Assembly (NCBI GenBank): GCA_964517435.1
Contig: CAZFEC010000014.1
Location: forward strand, 1-62,223
Direction: 5' to 3'
DNA length: 62,223 bases
Source: an uncultured Bacteroidia bacterium
Lineage (GTDB): Bacteria > CAIWAD01 > BS150m-G50
Below the pieces are notes generated by a model. The model saw nothing but the letters and a program-made list of their open reading frames with translations, was not told the DNA's origin and searched no databases. Positions 62,086 through 62,223 of this stretch are shown here, piece after piece; position 1 is the stretch's first letter, and every line of letters begins with the position of its first letter. The position numbers and the translations under genes are program-made.

Positions 62086-62223
62086 ATGAGATACTTCTAC
62101 TTCTCAATCATAGCTTCAGCACTCTTAATGGTGATCATTGCGAAGTGTACATCTATATCATTGGTGGATGCTGGAACGACCGAAGAAGAGAGATTCTGGG
62201 CATTCTACAAACTCAGCGACAGT
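62086..62223 (+). CDS. Possible 3'-truncated exported protein
   Basis: ATG opens a frame with a hydrophobic N-terminus (MRYFYFSIIASALLMVIIAKC) that runs off the window; lower GC. Confidence 0.3.
   Translation, partial: MRYFYFSIIASALLMVIIAKCTSISLVDAGTTEEERFWAFYKLSDS

Overview
High-GC chromosomal window, most likely from an FCB-superphylum bacterium (inference from T9SS-type YPNPFN C-terminal domains and a C25 gingipain-like gene; it also carries flagellar genes). It holds housekeeping genes (maeB, rho, rpmE, prfA, prmC, rnr, pyrF, pyrE, queG, cysS, rpmB), several large secreted proteins (M6-like, S8, M14, C25, phospholipase D), a UbiA-ferredoxin-geranylgeranyl reductase trio, c-di-GMP and two-component signalling genes, and part of a flagellar cluster (flhB, flhA, flhF, fliA). 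No rRNA, tRNA, transposase or CRISPR array was seen. The strongest unexplained signal is a dispersed, non-palindromic, AT-rich word, TGTATCAC/GTGATACA (extended consensus WTGTATCACR). I counted at least 35 exact copies by eye against roughly 1 expected from base composition. It occurs on both strands and in every reading frame, forces codons that are rare here, and sometimes forms inverted pairs, resembling a DNA-uptake sequence or a genome-wide protein-binding site. Secondary candidates are two structured intergenic RNAs, a possible second C-terminal sorting domain, two kinase-less DHp proteins, an archaeal-like prenyl-lipid module, and a sigma-54 promoter next to a TPR-type activator. All product calls come from motif recognition without database searches.
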